Virus record (IMG/VR): IMGVR_UViG_3300045988_095709
Coordinates: 33,509 to 97,508 of that record
Strand: one strand, 5' to 3'
Length of the DNA stretch: 64,000 nucleotides
Source: a virus
The translations under genes and the position numbers were made by a program. Below the pieces are notes generated by a model. The model made no database searches and was not told where the DNA came from. It saw only the letters and a program-made list of their open reading frames with translations. Positions 13,270 to 22,960 of the stretch are shown piece after piece. Position 1 is the stretch's first letter. Every line of letters begins with the position of its first letter.

Positions 13270-13286
13270 AGGGGCGTAAAGCCCCT
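13270..13286 (+). terminator. Hairpin after the capsid gene
   Basis: AGGGGC (13270-13275) pairs with GCCCCT (13281-13286) around a GTAAA loop, 27 nt after the MCP stop. There is no clear T-run. Confidence 0.4.
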
Positions 13287-13323
13287 ATGCCGACATTGCA
13301 ACATACTAATTTAAAAATAAATT

Positions 13324-14076
13324 ATGGTAGTTGAATTAAAGATTAAGAAGAAAAATCCCTGGGCTGGTTTGATAAAATATAAATCGTGTTTTGATTATAT
13401 AGCACCTTACTTTACCAGATCCGGGTCGATATATACAGGACTTACTCCTGAAGAAGAAAGAAGATTTGAAAAAGAGTTGGGGTATACAGAAGGAACATTA
13501 TCAAAAGAAAGTGACTTCTGGAAAACCTTTGTAGTAAAAGTTGGTGCCAGAGGTCTTTTGTTAGACGATCAGTATCCTAGATAGGAAATGATTATAAAGT
13601 TCTTAAGTAATCACAAGAGAGTAGCCACATCTTTAAACAAGTTGGATGCTGGAAAAGATTATCTTTTAATCAATAGACAGGCAGAAGCTATAGAGCAGAA
13701 TAGAATTAACAAACTTCGTAGAGATGCTATCAAAGAATTTGATAAGTTGTCTTTGGATCAGATGCGCAAATGTTTGCGTATTCTTGGTATCAAGTCTGAT
13801 AACTTATCTAACGAATTAGTAGAGTCTACTTTATTTAATATGGTAGATAAAAATCCTAAGTCGTTCTTTAACAAGTGGGTTAATAATAAACAGAAAGAAA
13901 CAGAATTCTTGCTCGAAGACGCTATTGCCAAAGGTATTATCAGAAAAGATAGAACTCAGTATTACTACGGATCTGAACTTATTGCTGATAGTCAGCAAGA
14001 TGCAATTTCTTATTTGGATGCTAAGAAAAATCAAGATTTGAAACTTTCGATAATGAATTAGATTTCAAATAAATAA
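13324..14076 (+). CDS. Hypothetical head-module protein (250 codons)
   Basis: It runs in frame 1 from ATG 13324 to TAA 14074-14076. The track ORFs 13324-13584 and 13588-14061 share this frame and are joined by TAG 13582-13584. A second TAG lies at 14059-14061. Confidence 0.7.
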
Positions 14077-14085
14077 TATTAAAAT

Positions 14086-14799
14086 ATGAAGCATAGTGAG
14101 ATTTATACAAAGTTTATGATATTGTACGACAAAGAAGAAACAATGTCGTCGTATCCTCCATTAACTGATTATGAAATCGCTACGCTGTTAAATAAAGCTT
14201 ATTTAGCATTAATTGCTTAGAAACTTACAGGAAACAATCCAAGACAGGTAGGTTTCGAAGCAGATATAAAAGCGATTGAAGATATAAGGCCGTTAATAAT
14301 TACGCAATCACTTACTTCAATCGAATCTTAGTAGGTTACCGCTAGTAATGAAATATAGTATAATACCCCTGACAACCCTAAGATGTTGTATTATATTCAA
14401 TCTAGTCTGTAGACAAACGACAATAAAGAATCTATAGACGATAAAAATCACAATATGATTCCTACGTTTTTGATTTCGCATGACGATTCAGAAAGATTTA
14501 AAAATTCAAATTACAATTTACCTTGGATAAAAAATCCAGTAGTGTATTTAGAAGGAGACGTTTTGCACGTATTATATGATTCTTACAAAATCAAAAACCC
14601 AGGAAATCTTATAATTACTTATATTAAAGAACCTATTAAGTTTGAAAAAGACGAAAATAATAATTCTGATAATCAGGTTTTTGAACTAAACGATAGTATG
14701 GCTGAAGAACTTATAAACTTAGCAATCATACTTTCGGCAGAAATAGTACAATCTCCTAGATTTACTAGTAAACTTCAAAGTAGACCATTAGAATCATGA
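14086..14799 (+). CDS. Hypothetical head-tail connector-region protein (237 codons)
   Basis: It runs in frame 1 from ATG 14086 to TGA 14797-14799 with 5 in-frame TAG. Its stop overlaps the next start (ATGA). Confidence 0.65.
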
Positions 14800-15542
14800 C
14801 AACAGAACAAACCAGATAGTTAGGTATAGAATTTGAAAGGAGATTACAACAAATATCTCCGGATTTTGAAATAACAAACAAATTAGATACCGATACTATA
14901 TATTCGTTTTTAAACGAGTATTAGTATAAATACATAAACGATTTATTTCTGTTGGAAGACCAAATAAATAATGGTTCAAAATCTGTAAACAAAATAAACG
15001 ATACTATTAAAAACTTAATAACACACAAGACAATATCTGTTCCAGATAGAAATCCAGATACAGATAAATATTGTGAAGTTTTTAAATTACCGAATGACTA
15101 TTATTTTTACATAAGATCTACTAGTATAATTGATAAACATTACAAAACTTCTCAAAAATTGGAGCATATGGTGTATGCCCCTAACGTTATGATAAAACAA
15201 TCAGAAGTAGCAAACGTTATCAATTCGTATTGTAATGATGGTGGTATCATAAGAAAACCATTAGTTGTATTAGAAAGTACGTAGAAAGGGTCTCCGTATA
15301 TAAAAGTGATACACGATAGATATACACATTTGGATGCTATCGATCTCGTTTATTGCAGATAGCCTTATAACTTTAACGTACTCAATTATGACGACGAAGA
15401 TAAGTCTGATGGTGCTACACATAGCTACTGTGAATTACCATATTCGTGTTTTAACGAATTGGTAGAAGGTGCTATACAATTATACATACAGTAGTATAAG
15501 TACGCGTTACAAAAATCAAATAAAACTGAATCGAAACAATGA
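14796..15542 (+). CDS. Hypothetical head-tail connector-region protein (248 codons)
   Basis: ATG 14796 overlaps the upstream TGA. The first TAG is at codon 8. The gene ends at TGA 15540-15542, which overlaps the next ATG 15539. Confidence 0.65.
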
Positions 15543-16234
15543 GATATATAGATATACTGGTTAATTACGAAAGAGAAATTAACAAATTAGATAGTACTAT
15601 AGATAAACCGTCTGTTGACGATTCTTTGTTTTGGTTAAATCAAGCAGTAGGAAAATTCATCAAACAACGCTTTAATGGTGATTTTATACATAAAACTTCT
15701 TACGAACAAACAGAAAAAAGAAGAGCAGATTTAATAAAACTATATAAAGAAAAAATATATAATAAACAAGATATAAAGTACGAAAACAAACAGCCTTTAT
15801 ATGATGAATATATTGTAGAATTTCCTGAAGATTTTTTATTTACTCTAAATGAAGACGTGATAATATCTGATAATAAAGGAAATAATACTATAGATACTTG
15901 TGTTTTTGAATGTACGCAAGATAGTTTTATGTATAGAATCAATAATAGTCTTACTGATTTTCATTATAGATTTCATAGAGCAAGACCTCTGAGAATCAGA
16001 AATACAGATGGTTGTAAATTATTAACAGACAAAAATTATAAAATATACTAGTATACGCTAGGATATTTAAAAAAACCAACAGAAATAACTCTTGAAAATC
16101 CTTTTATGGAATATGAGGATTTTGAAGATATAATAATGTCAGAAATAATAAAAATCGCCGCTCAGATGTATATAGAAAATACAAAAGACGAACGATATAA
16201 AACAATTTCTGAAGAAGTTAACACACAAGAATAA
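15539..16234 (+). CDS. Hypothetical head-tail connector-region protein (231 codons)
   Basis: It runs from ATG 15539 to TAA 16232-16234 with one TAG (16049-16051). It is the third gene of an ATGA-coupled trio. Confidence 0.65.
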
Positions 16235-16312
16235 TTTTAACGTGGAAAGCCCAGCTAGTTAGGTCTAGTATTAATATAAGAGGGTGAGTAGAAAAAATTA
16301 ATTTTAAAATAT

Positions 16313-17371
16313 ATGATAACATACGTAAACACAGTGCTTGTTGGAAAAGGAGCAAGCGCAATTGTAAGCACAGATACAGAACTCGTGCACGAAAGTAAAG
16401 ATCTTACCAACGCTGGTAAGTATGTAATAATGGATATCGATAACGGAAAGCTTTTGTCAGCAGATACTGCAAACACAGCAAATAGAATTAAGATCGGTAT
16501 CATTCGTCCTGAAAATACTGCTATTCATCTTTCTGATGGTACAGTTAAGTATCATGACGTAATCAAGTGGTCAAACATAATAAGCAAGGATTCTATCATT
16601 TCTATTAACAGCCTTAAGTATGGTGCTGAGAAGAATACTGAAGAGAAGGTTACTGTAGATTTTTCTAATGTAAACACTCAGGTTATGGCAGACTTCGCTA
16701 AGGGAGGAAAGAGAATCGTTCTTCGTATTACTTATAAGGATCTTCCTACTAGATATCGTAAGTGGACTGAGTCTTATGAGTATATTACAGCTCCTGAGGA
16801 TACTGCAGATACTATTGCAGAGAGTTTTGCTGCTCAGATTAACGGACAGTACAAGAGAGCTAGAGTTACAGCTTCTGCTGCTTCTGGAGTACTTACTCTT
16901 ACAGCAATGCCTTATACAGATGATGATTCTAACGATTCTATCAACTGGGCAGAGACTGTACGTTTCAGTGTAAACTGCTACTTTACAGATCCTACTGCTG
17001 CAGCATTTGCTTCTAAGAACAAGTATGCAATTCTCGGTCTTGAGATCGAAAAGACTCCTGGAAAGAGATATGCTGCTGACGCTAAGCTTGTACGTGATCG
17101 TGAAGCTAATGCTATGGGTTACGAAGGAATCCTTAACAAGGGATGCTGCACTTGGCCTATCATCAAGCCGGCAATGCAGGTAGATATTACTAAGAACTAC
17201 GATGCTATTACATTGGAGTTCGAAAGAATGTATCGTGCTGCAGACGATATTTTCCGTAAGACGAAGGAAAGTATTGAGATCTATGACGTTACTGGATCTT
17301 TGACAGACGTTGCTAAGGCTATTAAGAATTTCTCAGGAATGACTATAGCCGGAGACGATCTTACAGCGTAA
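16313..17371 (+). CDS. Abundant virion protein, candidate auxiliary capsid or decoration protein (352 aa)
   Basis: This ORF is uninterrupted and TAG-free. It has the same G/C-ending, AAG/ATC/CGT-rich codon style as the MCP. Its stop context, ACAGCGTAATATT, is identical to that of the MCP, and its own hairpin plus T-run follows. Confidence 0.55.
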   Translation: MITYVNTVLVGKGASAIVSTDTELVHESKDLTNAGKYVIMDIDNGKLLSADTANTANRIKIGIIRPENTAIHLSDGTVKYHDVIKWSNIISKDSIISINSLKYGAEKNTEEKVTVDFSNVNTQVMADFAKGGKRIVLRITYKDLPTRYRKWTESYEYITAPEDTADTIAESFAAQINGQYKRARVTASAASGVLTLTAMPYTDDDSNDSINWAETVRFSVNCYFTDPTAAAFASKNKYAILGLEIEKTPGKRYAADAKLVRDREANAMGYEGILNKGCCTWPIIKPAMQVDITKNYDAITLEFERMYRAADDIFRKTKESIEIYDVTGSLTDVAKAIKNFSGMTIAGDDLTA

Positions 17372-17401
17372 TATTAATTAATGTTTAATGTAGATGGGGT
17401 T

Positions 17402-17436
17402 GGGGTCTTTTGACCCCTATCCTATTTATTTTTTAA
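17402..17436 (+). terminator. Intrinsic terminator after 16313-17371
   Basis: GGGGTC (17402-17407) pairs with GACCCC (17412-17417) around a TTTT loop. A T-rich tract, CTATTTATTTTTT, follows. Confidence 0.55.
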
Positions 17437-17447
17437 TTACTATTGAT

Positions 17448-18683
17448 ATGAATATAAGAATTGGAAACGATATCAAATTAGAATTTACATTGAGGGGACC
17501 TGAAAATGTGGATTTTCTTAATGTTAAACAAATGCGCTGTTATTTGATAAATACATCTACAGATAATAAAAATTGCGCATGTGATATATTCAAAAGATTT
17601 CCAAGAGAACCATTCCCTCAATTCTATACCCCATCTAAATATACGTTACACGGTTGTGGAAGATTTGAGTATAATGTAAATCCTAGTTATACTAAATGTG
17701 GGTATGCATTATCTAGCGGATTTCACGACCCTCATTATTGGCCTTGTTATAACGGATTTGGCATAAATCCAGGTCACTTTATAGATTGTCATCACGGTCA
17801 TCATAATTATAAATCCCCTACATATCTAGCACACTCTGAACTATTAGAAGGAGAAAATAAAGCATGTGCATATTTTCCTGCGTGTGAATAGATAATGGCT
17901 GGTCCTTATAAATTCGTAGTGGTATTGGTATTATACCAAGACGGATGGGGAAAACATAATCTACATACGTATACTATAGATTACGGTACAGTATTTAATT
18001 TAGTATGTGACGATAGTGGTCAAGACGGAGATATAATTATAAATTTAGACGAAAATATAGAAGACAACAGTATTACCAGAATAGATATTGTAACCGATAC
18101 TTTATATTTAGAAGAAGGTTCTTCTTTGAGTATAGGGCAAAAAGATCTTATGGGAAATACATACGAAATAGATTTATATCTAAACAACGGTAGTAAGATA
18201 AAATATAACCCTTCGGATTCTAAATATATTTTAAATTTTGAATCTGACGACGAAATATTAACTGTTAATTCTAACGGCCAATTATAGGCTGGACAAGTAG
18301 ACGAAGAAAAAGTAGTAATCGTTACTATCACTAGTGACAATGATATTGTTTCTGAATTTACTGTTCATATTTAGAAAAAGCAATCTCAATATATAGGATT
18401 TGCAAATACGACAAATGCTCTTGAATTAGATTTCGAATCTGTAGATTCTGAAAGTAGAAAATTATTTACAGAAGTAGATAATATGGAAGGAGAGCATCAT
18501 GTTGAAAATTTCAATAGCGGTTATTATTTATGGATAATAAGTACTAAAGAAATAGCTAGTATTAGTTCTAGTTCGTTTAGTGTTCCTTTATCAGAACCGT
18601 AGAGATTAGATAATTATTATTGTTATTATTGTTTAAATTAGCTTATAAATACTGATTTTACTATAAATATAACATTAAAATAA
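17448..18683 (+). CDS. Cys/His-rich virion protein with an Ig-like (Big_2-like) middle segment (411 codons)
   Basis: I prefer ATG 17448 because the track start at 17394 lies inside the terminator hairpin. The frame continues through TAG 17889, 18285, 18370, 18600 and 18639 to TAA 18681-18683. The N-terminal ~145 residues contain 10 Cys and many His (…HFIDCHHGHHNYK…). Confidence 0.6.
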
Positions 18684-18689
18684 TAAATT

Positions 18690-20486
18690 ATGGAATTTAA
18701 TGATAATGATGTAAAAGTATTTGGTAAAATTGTATCTATAGCTTCGGAAGGTAAAATTGCAGACACACAATAGATATACGATAGTACATTTGAAAATGGA
18801 GACTTTCAATCTAATATAAATAAAAAATTATTAGATAAAATATAGGAAATAAGTCAAACTGTAACTAAGATTCAGGAAAACATAGAAAAGATATAGGAAG
18901 AAGGAATAAAAACAACAAAGAATTATTTTTATACTTCTATAAACAAAGACGAAACTGCTTCTAGTTCAGAAAGAAATAAAAGATCTGTACCTCGTGCATC
19001 TATGTAGGCGATAGTTAATCACATTGATAGTCTAGAAAGGAAATATCCAAGTTAGTATATTTTTACAGGAGATTATATTGTAAACGAACACGCTACTACA
19101 AATGATGAAAATTATATACATTATGATAAAATGTATATATATCACTTTGACAATATGTATAGAATGTATCTTAGTACTTAGGAAATAACTTTCGACAGAT
19201 TATCAGAAACAGGAAAAGCTAAAGTAAATCTCAAAGGTATATCTTTTGAATGTGATTCTTCAAATATATAGGAAGAAACTACAACTTGGGTAAAAGAGGT
19301 TTATTTAGACGCAATAAGTGTAAACGAACGTATATAGTCAGAAGACGGTGATATGATGTATAAAAATATATATCGAGTACTTACTGACGATGGTACGTAT
19401 AAAAAAATAGAAGATATACTAGGTGTAGATATTATAAATAACGGAGAAGGAAATAAATTTTTATCTGATAATGGACAATATATAGAAATAAATTCAGGTG
19501 AAATAGAACCCTAGATTTTTACACTTACAGTATAGGCAGATCCTTCTGATTCTATTATAAAATTAAACGATATAGAACAAAACACCATAAGTGTCGAAAA
19601 AGGTTCTAAAGTAAAAATAGAAGTTTCTAAAGAAGGATACATTACTTATTATTAGAGTATAACTGTTAACGAAAATAAAGATTTACAAATCAAACTCACA
19701 AAAGAAAGTGAGATAGTGATAGATAAAGAAGAACTGAATATGAATGTATATAAAGTATGGTTAAAATCGTCTAGTGGAGATCTAGATGAATCTGCAAACG
19801 CTATTATTAAAGAATATTTGGACGAAATAAATACAGGAAATATGGCATTATTGTATATCACTCCTGCGTTTCCTCAGTCTGAACCTGGAATAAAAGATTA
19901 TTCTTTAGTTAATTTGTAGTTTTCAAGTACTAGCGGTTTTACCGGATTTGGTTTTTATAAAGATATAGAAACAAGTGATAATGTTGGATATTTTAAATAG
20001 TTTTCTATTAAAATAACAACAAATTCTGAAACATAGAAATATAAAATATCATATTATGGAGAAATTTCAATGGACGCCACAATATTGAACGGATATTCTA
20101 CTGTAAACATACCCAAATAGTATATTTGTGGTATAAATAAAAATGAAGATTCGTATACATTTAGCGGATTCAATAAATCAGAACTTATAGAATATATGGA
20201 TTCTGCTAAAAATCAGGAGGATATAAATATGTACGGACAATCTTACATAACAGTTAGTAGAATATATAACGATGATAGTTGGGAAGTACCTTACGATATA
20301 TATCCAGATATAATAGATAAATCGAAAATAGGTAGTACTGGTACGGTATTGCACGGAGTATCTAAAAATGCAGATACAAACGGTCACAGATTGGAATTGG
20401 AAATAAGCGGATCTACAGATGGAGGAGATGGATATACTATAACAAAATGTCAATATGTAGATCAGAACGGTCAACCGTTAAGTTAA
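18690..20486 (+). CDS. Fibre-like or receptor-binding protein (598 codons)
   Basis: I checked frame 0 line by line from ATG 18690 to TAA 20484-20486 and only TAG interrupts it. The N-terminus MEFNDNDVKVFGKIVSIASEGK... is paralogous to that of 20530-20751. Confidence 0.65.
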
Positions 20487-20529
20487 TAATATGATATATT
20501 ATTACCAATACTTATAAATAATAATTATT

Positions 20530-20751
20530 ATGGAAATCAAAGAAAACGACGTAAAAGTATTTGGTAGAGTCGTATCTATAGCTATCGACAATAAAGTTGC
20601 TAGTTCCGAACAAGTTTATGACGACACATTTGAAGATGGAATGTTTCAGTCGGAAATAAATAAGAAATTAGTATAGAAAATAGACGAAATATCTATTTCT
20701 GGAGGTGTCGAATCTATTAGTAACGACGAAATAGATCAAATTTGTATATAA
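20530..20751 (+). CDS. Short paralogue of the 18690 N-terminal module (73 codons)
   Basis: The sequence MEIKENDVKVFGRVVSIAIDNKVASSEQVYDDTFEDGMFQSEINKKL aligns with the start of 18690-20486. It ends ...SNDEIDQICI, resembling the C-terminus ...SNGDIDAICVD of 20754-21833. Confidence 0.55.
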
Positions 20752-20801
20752 TTATGAATTTTTTAGATAAAACAGGTCTCCAATATTTTTGGGGAAAAAT
20801 A
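20750..20801 (+). repeat. Conserved fibre-gene junction, copy 1
   Basis: AATTATGAATTTTTTAGATAA (20750-20770) and TATTTTTGGGGAAAAATA (20784-20801) are identical to 21843-21863 and 21877-21894. Confidence 0.8.
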
Positions 20802-21833
20802 AAGACATAGATAAATAATAGTTTCGCAGCAAACGATGCGATGACTTTTAAGGGTACAATTGGTACTGGAGGTACAGTAACAGCACTTCCTGCTACACAT
20901 AAAGTTGGAGATACATACAAAGTATCTACGGCAGGAACATATGCTGGAGCTAAGTGTGAAATAGGAGACATGATAATCTGTGTAAAAGATGGATCTTCTG
21001 ATACAGCTTCTGATTGGACAATCGTTCAGTCTAACATTGACGGAGCTGTCACAGGTCCTACTAGTTCTACAGATGCTCATGTTGCAGTATTTAATGGAGC
21101 CACAGGAAAGATAATAAAAGACAGTGGTTTTACTATAGCAAAATCTGTACCATCTAATGCAGTATTTACTGATACTACATATTCTGTAGCTACTACATCT
21201 AAAGACGGATTAATGTCTGCAGAAGACAAGAAAAAATTAGAAGGAATAACCGGTAGTGGAGATTATGTACTTCCGGCAGCTACTTCTACTACACTCGGTG
21301 GAGTTAAGATAGGAAGTAATATTAGTAACTCTTCTGGTACGATCAGTATTACTAAACAGAATGTTACAGACGCGTTAGGATATACTCCATTGCAGACAGC
21401 TAGTGATACTAAAGTTACTTAGAATACTCCTGTTTCTACTTCTGGTGATTTTAATATGTTAATGGCAAAAACTGCAGGAAACGTAGCTAATGAAACAAGC
21501 GATGTAAACAAAGCAAGAGCTTTCACATATAACCCAGGAACACAGTGTGTAAAAGTATCTAGATCAGACGAAGGATAGAATACTGATACTGTAATTCTAT
21601 CTAGTTAGAACGATTACGAATTGAAATTATCTCCTGCTGGAATAATAATGAATACTGGAGATACTCCTAGATTGACTATCGATTCAGACGGAGGTACGTT
21701 CGATAGTGAATTTACAATAACTGCTGTAAAATTTGTTAAGTCTGGAGGAACATCTTCTCAGCTTTTGGTTGCAGACGGATCTGTTGCAACTGCGATATCT
21801 AACGGAGACATAGACGCTATTTGCGTAGATTAA
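20754..21833 (+). CDS. Tail fibre protein (359 codons)
   Basis: It runs from ATG 20754 to TAA 21831-21833 with 4 TAG. The N-terminus is MNFLDKTGLQYFWGKI. It carries the fibre motifs KDGLMSAEDKKKLEGI and DYVLPAATSTTLGGVKIG (21261-21314), plus ...GGTSSQLLVADGS... Confidence 0.8.
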
Positions 21834-21842
21834 AAATATTAC

Positions 21843-21894
21843 AATTATGAATTTTTTAGATAAGACCGGACTTTAGTATTTTTGGGGAAAAATA
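21843..21894 (+). repeat. Conserved fibre-gene junction, copy 2
   Basis: It contains the same 21-mer and 18-mer as copy 1, spanning the start codon and first 16 codons of the next fibre gene. Confidence 0.8.
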
Positions 21895-22959
21895 CAAACA
21901 TATGTTTTAAATCAACTAGAAGCCATTCCTTTAGCTGGAAAATTTAATAACGGATTAATGTACGCTGGAGATAAATAGTTGATAGATAAATATAAATCCA
22001 TGTGGTAGGATATGTACGGATCTGGTGAAGACGGAAATATGCCATTAAAAAGTATAAACATATCATAGAGTGGTGGAAAATTAGTAATATAGAGCGGGTC
22101 GTAGGATTATTCTACAAGTACAAGTAATATAAAAGAAACAAAAAACATACCGACAGCGACAACATCCGCAGACGGAGCTATGAGTTCTTCTGATAAATAG
22201 ACACTTGATAATTTAAATTCTAAATTATAGGATATAGATTTTAGTAAATATTTTAAAGAAGGAAATATATATACTACTGATGACGAAAGTGTATCTTTAG
22301 ATTTATAGTATCTTAGAGATGTAAAAATATGGTCTTATTCTGGAGGAGAGCAAAAAGCAGCTATATTGGGACATTTTCATTCTGATGTTCCCGGAAGTAA
22401 ATTTTCCGTAATATATTAGGACGATACAGCAAATTCCGGACATCCTTTGGTGATAGAAACAATTCCTTATTTTGGAATATTGCTAGGAATGTCTGAAGGA
22501 ACTAGTGTTGGTTATTATACAGCAACAAGAGGAACATATTCTACATACATAGGAAGAGGTAATGTTTCGGTATGCGATTCTTAGAGTTCTACAGGAATAT
22601 TAACAGGAAAAAGAGTACAACTCACTTCAAAAGGATATCGTCCTGTTGATAAATAGGGATCTGTAACAATAGACGACACGTGGGCTAAAAATAATATGAA
22701 CAATATAGCTACTTGTGATGCCACTATGGTTGACGCAAAAGTCATAGATATAGATTACGATCATAAAATAGCTACAGTTAGAATAACGATACAAGATACA
22801 GAGGGGTAGTTTTTTTACGTTAAGACTGGAGGAATCGTAATAGGAGGAACAGCATCTTCAGCGGTAAACGGAGAATATTATGCTAACGTTGTATTATAGG
22901 TTCCGTACGATAGTAGTGGAAAAGTTTCGTTATACGATAAATACGCAATAACTTGGTAA
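21847..22959 (+). CDS. Tail fibre protein, paralogous N-terminus (370 codons)
   Basis: I read frame 1 line by line from ATG 21847 to TAA 22957-22959. It has 14 in-frame TAG, so no standard-code ORF of 60 aa or more appears here in the track. The N-terminus is MNFLDKTGL(TAG)YFWGKI, and it has two (A/S)xDK-x-(L/T)(I/L)D motifs. Confidence 0.75.
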
Positions 22960-22960
22960 T

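Noticed and set aside
14796-15542. TGA (or TAA) recoding in addition to TAG
   Set aside because: TGA and TAA occur only at sensible gene ends, with ATGA overlaps or 1-30 nt spacers followed by an ATG. I met no in-frame TGA or TAA inside any traced long frame.
17394-17447. Track start codon at 17394 for the Cys/His-rich protein
   Set aside because: The first 18 codons would be translated from the terminator hairpin and T-run of the preceding gene. The in-frame ATG at 17448 follows the terminator and is the more plausible start.
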